Notes under the pieces: generated by a model | What the model saw: only the letters and a program-made list of their open reading frames with translations | What the model was told of the DNA's origin: nothing | Databases searched by the model: none | Shown here: piece after piece, positions 56,961 to 64,000 of the stretch | How positions within the stretch are numbered: position 1 is the first letter of the stretch | Layout: the number at the start of each line of letters is the position of its first letter | Program-made: the position numbers and the translations under genes | Assembly: GCA_024704765.1 (NCBI GenBank) | Contig: JAKMXF010000310.1 | Coordinates: 372,001 to 436,000 of the forward strand | From: Oopsacas minuta | Taxonomy: Eukaryota > Animalia > Porifera | Direction: 5' to 3' | Length of the DNA: 64,000 nt

Positions 56961-57000
56961 ACAAAACCCTGGGCCAATAATCTGCAAAGTACTGCATTTC

Positions 57001-57446
57001 TACACAATAATCTGGGGTGGGGAGAGCATACTATAACTGACTGGAAGAACTTCCTTCAGAGACCTATGTGTTGAGGAATTTTAAACCAATCTTCAACCAA
57101 TTGGAGGGCCTGGGCATATTGTAGAAATTGATGAATCAAAGTTTGGACATCGAAAGTATCCAAGAGGTCGTATGCTATCAGGTCAATGGGTATTTGGAAG
57201 GATAGATAGAGAAACAAAAGATACCTTTATGATACCCGTTCAAGACAGGTCGGCCTACAACAGGCCTAGATACTCAAACAGTTGAGAGTACATGAGGCGG
57301 AGAAAGAAACGGCTGAGGAATTGTACGACTACTAACCCCATACTTCTAGATACTCACTTATCTGAAGTTTGTTGGTAGAAAAATATGGACGAGCTAGTTT
57401 CTCAAACCTAATAATGGAAATAAGGAAACAATATCCAGTCGTATAA
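57001..57446 (+). mobile_element. Merlin (IS1016/IS1595-like) transposase remnant
   Basis: IGGPGHIVEIDESKFGHRKYPRGR..GQWVFGRIDRETK..VQDRSA, then an internal deletion and a degenerate C-terminus ending IRKQYPV. Confidence 0.8.
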
Positions 57447-57889
57447 TTGTTGTTTTGATAGTTTTCAGTTACCTGTAATTAGTACAATACTTCTGCTTTT
57501 GGTGTTTCGTTTGTGGCAGTAGATATTATATTGTAGATTTGTTGTCGAAGTAGTTTTTGGAAAGCTTAATAATTACTCCAAATACAACTACTACCCATAG
57601 TATTATATCCAGAGCATTAAAGGAGGGCGCTCCATTTATGATTCAGGAGCTGATGGTGCAGCGGCGCCCCACTTTTGAAGGAGCGACACACTGGGGTGCA
57701 CTCCTTTTTAATTGCAAACAATTTAAAATTTTCATTTTTATTCTGTATATAATTCAGTATTTTTGCTATAAAAAGTGGATACTGGGACACTAATTCACAA
57801 TTCATTGAAATGGTTTGAAGTTGCAAATTTAGCAATTTCCCGAATGTACAATGGCGAAATTCATTCCTAATTACCTAGAATACAAATCT

Positions 57890-58710
57890 AAATTATTCAA
57901 TCTCAATTGTTGTTGTTAGTCCGTCCGTTGTCAAGGAAGGATTTACGGTATGCAATGCTGAAATTGTCGCATACCTATGAATTTATCGTGTTTATGTCAT
58001 AGGAGATGTTGGCGATCTGATGGTATATGGCTTCAATACAGTTTTTAAGTGAATTGTGTGACTTCAACAAATTATAACTGACATGCTTCAATCGTCGTAC
58101 GATCGTACGATAGCAAGATTCCACAAATAAATAGTAAACCTAAAATGGTTTTATTTATTCATACTTAAAATGGCTGAAAATTACCATCGAAAGTAAGATT
58201 ACCACACTCTATGTAAAATATGCAAGCGTCAAAATGAAGTTATACAATTAATAGGAAATTTTATCCAATTGTCTCCATTACTAATTTTAAAACTCGAACA
58301 CTTTAAGCTCCTTGGGTATACACTTCTTTTCGGTAATCATTTTACCTTAAAAACTGCTATTGAAAAAATCGTTACCATTACGATGGAATGAAAAACAAGA
58401 AAATAATATCTGAAGAAGATTCAAATCTACCACGAAACATGAAAGTCAATTTTGCAGTATACTTGGCTATTCCTTGTTAGTTGACCTCAAACACAAGCAT
58501 TGAGAGTGTTTAGTACGTACCATTCCTAAATAAGTACATTAGATATATCGTAATATACTTGACTAAATTATCAGTTTGCTTGCTGATGGTATTAGAAACT
58601 ATAAAAGTACAGTATTGAAGCCATATACTATCAAATCGCCTATAACATTTATAAAGGAAGTAAATAGAATTCAATAAAACTTCCCTAAATAGATCGAACA
58701 TGCTGAATGT
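57890..58710 (+). mobile_element. Helitron-like repeat copy split by an insertion
   Basis: Family sequence stops at gtgTTTA (57994) and resumes at TTTAtaaaggaagtaaatagaattc (58648). Confidence 0.65.
57995..58647. mobile_element. 653-bp MITE with TGT..ACA termini and a 4-bp TSD (Ginger-like)
   Basis: Imperfect TIRs sharing GCGAT.TGAT.GTATATGGCTTCAATAC; TTTA duplicated. The empty site can be reconstructed from sister Helitron-like copies. Confidence 0.7.
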
Positions 58711-58817
58711 ATGTAATTGACATTAAGTTGATCAAAATATTATAAACAATCGGTAGGGCTGCATGATCGACTGATAATGTGTGTTTGAGCGGGTTGAATA
58801 AATTAACTATGTAAATC

Positions 58818-59251
58818 TCTTTTTTGTAGTGAAAATGGGCTCGCACCTCGGAATAGAGAGCTTGCCCACCATCCTACTTGAGGATGTTAACTTTTTACAA
58901 CATGAGCAATAGTTGAAACTAATTATATTTGGAATTGAGAGAATATATTTCTGATATGAAATTTATTAATGTGGTTGTGTTGTAAAATGAATCTATTTAG
59001 ATTACAGATATCAGATATAAGATATCAAGATCCTGTTGGTTTGTGGAGTATCAAGTAATACAATACTCCAATAAATATATATAGACCCTTAACTTTTCTT
59101 TCTAAATCAGACTTAAATCGTTTGGTATCCAATTCTTATTCATTCAACTCTACTCCTGTTGCAAAAGTCAACGTCCTCTAGTAGGATGGTGGGTAAGCTC
59201 TCTATTCCGAGGTGCGAACCCATTTTAATCAATAAAATGAGAGAATTAATT
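58818..59251 (+). repeat. 434-bp repeat, copy A, with internal inverted subterminal repeats of about 50 bp
   Basis: No difference seen by eye from the reverse complement of 63460-63893. Confidence 0.9.
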
Positions 59252-59779
59252 TGGATACCGACATTTCGCGAATTTCTAAGTTCCGAATCTAGAATCAATT
59301 GCGAACTTCAATGTCTAACTTATATACGTATTTTACAAACTTTCACCACTATACTAATAAAGCATTTTGGTTTATCAAAATTTATTACAACCATCATGAC
59401 CAGAACGTCATGAAATCTTCCCAATATTTCCAGTAATTCATGCTTCACCGAGCATTCTAGTAATTTCACTTTGCAATCTTTTTTCACAATCTAAAAATTT
59501 AGTAAACATTATCTATCTCTGTGTATAAAATTTTTCCTATAGCAAGGTTTGGTACAGATATATGGGAAATGAATAAATAAAAATTCGATAATTCGGACAA
59601 GCTTTCCGGAATATCGAAAAAATATCGGAAATATTGTAAAACGATACTTGCCTAAATTTCAGCTTGTATAAATTAAATACCCAGTACCAATCAAACAGAC
59701 AACGTTGGAAATTTAATATATTCCTAGCAAACTTGCAATTGCAATTTGTTTTATTTCATACCACTGTCCACAGAAATGA

Positions 59780-61185
59780 CAAAATAATAATAATTTTCTC
59801 TTCAAATTGACGAATCCACATTGCCAAGTAACGAAGCACTGCTCCTTGCATATGTCCGATATATTCTCGAAGGAATAATGGTTGAAGAAATGTTGTTAGC
59901 TAGACCACTAGTAACTGATACAAAAGGTGAATCTATTTACAAAGTCGTGGAAAATTTCTTTCAGGAAAAGGAAATTCCGATGAATAATATCATTGCTTGT
60001 GCAACAGATAGGGCGCTAGCTATGGTTGGTAGGCATCGTGGTTTCATTTCGTACTTGAAAAAGGCTGTGCCTGAGGTTTTCGGTATTCACTGCGTCGTCC
60101 ATCGAGAACATTTGGTTGCAAAACATCTAAGTGGTCGCTTGCACAATTCATTATATATCGTCATTACTGTTATTAATAAAACCAAAGCTTCCGCACTCAA
60201 GGAAATAATATTTCGCCAAATATGTCTCGAATACGAAACAGAATTTGAACGTCTGCTTATGCACACAGAAGTGAGGTGGCTCTCAAAAGGAAAGTGTCTC
60301 AGTCGGTTCTATAGTCTTTTCGACACCATTTTAGAATTTTCAGAGGAAGAGAACCCGCAGGTGATGCAGCTTGTCAGTGCAGCGAAATCAGATGTAGCTT
60401 ACTTGACTGACATTTTTGATAACTTCAACGCAATGAAATTGCAACTACAAGGCAATTTAGTCACTCTGGTCAAGTGCAAAACTGTTGTCAGCTCCTTCAT
60501 AGGAAAACTAACGATATTTAAACAAAATATCGGTCGACGAGAATTTTACCAGTTTCCTCGCCTAGCAGGACTCCAAATTTCAGATGACGATTTGCTAGCA
60601 TATTGTGAACATCTTGAAGTACTGAAAGAGGATATGATCAAGCGATTCACTGACTTGTTGGAACTTAAACCGCCTCATTGGCTAATTGACCCTTTCTATG
60701 TGGATGCCCCAACAGTTCCACTCTATTTGCAGGAAGGGCTGATGGACTTCCAAAGTGATTGCGAGGAAAAAGCTCATTTTAGAATGATGGGGTATGAACG
60801 ATTTTGGATTGCAATCGCAGGACGAAATAAATTTCCCAAATTTGTGGAAAGTAGCAAAACTGCTAGTTCTGGCGTTTCCGACATCATATCTCGTTGAGAG
60901 AGGTCTTAGTGCAGTCGTTCAATTACTAACGAAGCAAAGAAACAGACTAGATATTTCTCAATGTAGAGATTTAAGATTGCTGCTAACTGATATGAAACCA
61001 GATGTAAACGGGATTATCGACGAATATCACGCTCAAGTAACCCTTCTCATTAATTGATAAATACTACTTATTATCATTAAACAAATACGAGTGTAGTAAA
61101 AATATTTAGACTTTCTGGAGGGGGGCAGTATCGAGGGAATATTGTTGACGAGGGGCGCTGTCCGAAAAAAGTTTGAGAAACAATT
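59780..61185 (+). mobile_element. Buster-type hAT transposase remnant (ZBED5/SCAND3-like), 5'-truncated
   Basis: FSLQIDEST, ATDRALAMVG, HCVVHREHL, HTEVRWLSKG, and after a frameshift FPTSYLVERGLS; degenerate right end GGGGCGC..AAAAAGTTTGAGAA. Confidence 0.88.
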
Positions 61186-61327
61186 TTCTAAAGGATACCA
61201 TATAGATAGGTTTTCAATACTTTTTGAAGGTTTCTGAAGTAAGCATATTAATAGTGATTATTCAACAACTTTTTAATCCAACTTCATAATTAGCAATTCA
61301 TGCAATTATCATTTGTATTTCTAAATA

Positions 61328-62960
61328 ATGGCAAATTACGAAATTTTGGAGAGTCATCGAAAAGACTCGTTGCTTTATCAAAACGAAACGAATGCTTACA
61401 TTAAGGACAAAGATATAAAAGGTGTGAGATATTTAAGATACGTAAATATAAGGATGGCTGTGCTGCTAGGGCAAAAATTAATCTCGAAACGAATTATTTT
61501 TCACTACTAAATGGGCATGATAATCACGAATCTACAGAAGAAAAATCGAGATAATGAAAGTTACATCTAAACTCAAACGCAAATCAGAATATTCACAAGG
61601 ATCACTTCAGGAAATATTTGATGATGAAGTATATCAATCTGAGGTTGGTGGTTTTATAAGCTTTGCACAATTAGGAAGCATGACGTATAAACGGAAAAGA
61701 TTATACACATCAGAAGTTCGATTAAATGCTCGAATTGCGATGTCCTTAATAGAAGATCCTGGTGAAGAATTTAAGATGTATCAGGCTTTTTCCATTGAAG
61801 AATTAGATGAAGTAACGATTGCATTTATGAGCCATAAATGGAAAAACTACTTGCATCCAACTGACCAAACAGAATTGCAAGCAGATGCTACTTTTTATGT
61901 TCCCAAGTAGTTTTATCAATTGTTAAATATATTCTTGCAGTACAAGTCTCACTCGTTGCCTGCTATTCATATTTTGATGTCAAAAAAGACAGGTTCGCTT
62001 TGTGATAAAGTTGTAGCAAAAATCATTGAAATTCTACCATTTATTGCTTCTATCATGAAGACGGACTTTGAGAGTTCAATGTACAGTTCATTTGCGAAAG
62101 GTTTTCCCTATGCAAGGGTCAGCGGCTGCTTATTTCACTATGATAGAGCGCTATACAAAACTGGTATTCTCAAAAAGGGTTTATCAAATGCTAACATCTC
62201 AAGCCTAGAATTTAGACAGTGGGTTGAACAGTTAATGTAATTGCCACTACTTCCGTCAGATCTTATTGTTCCGATATTTAGTTGCATAAAACAAGAAAAA
62301 CTTTTGTTACCACATTCTGAGAATGAAAAACGTAATTAAGTTGTTAAAATATTATGAGCGATACTGGCTAGGTCAAGTTGGTCCTTCTAGACTATTAGTT
62401 TTCCATACAGAGAAACGTACCGCAAACGATCTAGAGAGCTTTCATGCAAATTTGAAAAGAAAAGTTAAATCCCATAACCCAAATTACTTGGAATTATCAA
62501 AAACTTGAATAAAGTAATTCAAACAACCGAAAAAGACATCGAGAGAATTGATAATCATGTTCCAATAAGGCGTAAGAAAAGGCCAGTAACTATTCAGAAG
62601 GAGAAATATATAGACGTGCTACAGCAACAACAAATTAATGGTGATATTACTCCAAATAATTACTTGAAAACTATAACTCATCAATATACAACCCAGTTTG
62701 CGAGATTTGAAGGGTTAATTGAATCAGTTGAAGATGTAGATACAGAAAATGAAGATGAAGATTTGGTTCAAGATGTGAGTACAGAACAAAACTCAAACAT
62801 GTGTAGAATATATTTAGTGAATGTACCAGATACAATAATTATGCCCTGCCGTCATGCTCAAACTTGCTTCAGCTGTGCAGAGAGGATTGTAAACTCTGAT
62901 ATTAACAACTGCCCTATTTGTAGAGAACCTATAGAAAACTTCATCAAAATCTTTTTGTGA
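61328..62960 (+). mobile_element. Degenerate Mutator/MULE transposase with N-terminal FLYWCH-like finger and C-terminal RING finger
   Basis: GCAARAKI..GHDNH; LQADATFYVP; KTDFESS; SGCLFHY; LPLLP; YYERYWL; RTANDLESFHANLK; then C-x2-Y..MPCRHAQTCFSCA..CPICR. Several stops and frameshifts. Confidence 0.8.
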
Positions 62961-63147
62961 TCTCTCATTCTCTAACTTATATGTTCACTCATTTCACTTT
63001 TCATTTATTTATCTGTATTTTGTTACAACGCATTATCATTTATTAGTCAATTATTTATTATTTTGGTCCATTCATTAATTAAATACCCTAAGTCATTTTC
63101 AATCCTATTCCAGGGTTTATTCCAGTCTTGAATTATATTCGGTCTTA

Positions 63148-63258
63148 CAGACTTGCCAACCCTCCAGGGATACCTGGATTACCCCGGGATTTCACTTCAA
63201 ACCCAGGTATTTGGAAATGAAAATTCAGGGAAATTTATAAAAGGGGTTGGTAAATCTG
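63148..63258. mobile_element. 111-bp hAT-like MITE
   Basis: CAGACTTGCCAACC / GGTTGGTAAATCTG ends; GGTCTTA on both flanks. Confidence 0.6.
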
Positions 63259-63459
63259 GGTCTTATTCCAGTCTTGGAAAAATATATTTTTCACACTGTA
63301 AATTCGGTCTTATTCAGTCAACCCTAAAATGAAACTAACATGAAATAGTGCCATTTATCTTAACATCCTTGTAGAAAGAAGCGGATCGTATTTACAAATG
63401 AACAGCCTCAAAAATGTATATAGTAATACATACGTAGAATGGTATTGGCTTTTCTCCAT

Positions 63460-63893
63460 AATTAATTCTCTCATTTTATTGATTAAAATGGGTTCGCACC
63501 TCGGAATAGAGAGCTTACCCACCATCCTACTAGAGGACGTTGACTTTTGCAACAGGAGTAGAGTTGAATGAATAAGAATTGGATACCAAACGATTTAAGT
63601 CTGATTTAGAAAGAAAAGTTAAGGGTCTATATATATTTATTGGAGTATTGTATTACTTGATACTCCACAAACCAACAGGATCTTGATATCTTATATCTGA
63701 TATCTGTAATCTAAATAGATTCATTTTACAACACAACCACATTAATAAATTTCATATCAGAAATATATTCTCTCAATTCCAAATATAATTAGTTTCAACT
63801 ATTGCTCATGTTGTAAAAAGTTAACATCCTCAAGTAGGATGGTGGGCAAGCTCTCTATTCCGAGGTGCGAGCCCATTTTCACTACAAAAAAGA
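63460..63893 (-). repeat. 434-bp repeat, copy B
   Basis: Inverted copy of 58818-59251. Confidence 0.9.
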
Positions 63894-64000
63894 CATTATT
63901 TTAATTTATTATCTGTAATTTTCAAACCATTTTTTGTTTGAACTAGAGGTAGAACCCCGATTTGGTTCAATATTCTTCTCTGGGGGAGACTTACTACATA

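Noticed and set aside
349-63552. The many 60-100 aa ORFs antisense to or overlapping real genes and repeats (e.g. 349-534, 6495-6701, 33078-33296, 59159-59413, 63355-63552)
   Set aside because: Shadow ORFs without motifs; the last two share an N-terminus only because they lie in the 434-bp duplication.
1-64000. CRISPR array, tRNA or rRNA genes, prokaryotic operon signals
   Set aside because: No regularly spaced repeat-spacer array, cloverleaf or rRNA signature seen; the window is spliceosomal eukaryotic DNA. tRNAscan-SE or Infernal would be the decisive check.

Overview
AT-rich, gene-dense eukaryotic DNA with GT-AG introns, not prokaryotic. The gene set (RPGRIP1L, ankyrin-TRP channel, EXOG, CC-NHL proteins) points to an animal. 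The intron-poor style resembles a compact early-branching animal such as a glass sponge; this is an inference I cannot prove from the window. I resolve 15 host genes: ACO2 (5' part), an ankyrin TRP channel, a CC-NHL protein, COG3 (5 exons over 16.5 kb), RPGRIP1L and GTF2A2 (both nested in COG3 introns), NUF2, an ADAP-like ArfGAP, HSPBAP1 (5 exons), EXOG, a TM2-like protein, an atypical DUSP, a DUF4140/DUF4139 protein, MED16 and one unknown gene. The gaps hold many transposon relics: two mariners, hAT, Merlin, Mutator, Penelope, a solo THAP ORF, a Helitron-like family with at least 8 copies, and many MITEs. Main leads: (1) splice-acceptor YAGs 1-6 nt before many start codons, combined with very short same-strand gaps, suggesting trans-splicing or operons; (2) same-strand nesting of RPGRIP1L in COG3; (3) a Mutator transposase ending in a RING finger, bracketed by identical 434-bp inverted repeats; (4) an ArfGAP lacking its catalytic Arg. 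No tRNA, rRNA or CRISPR array was recognised. Coordinates were counted by hand and may be off by a few bases.
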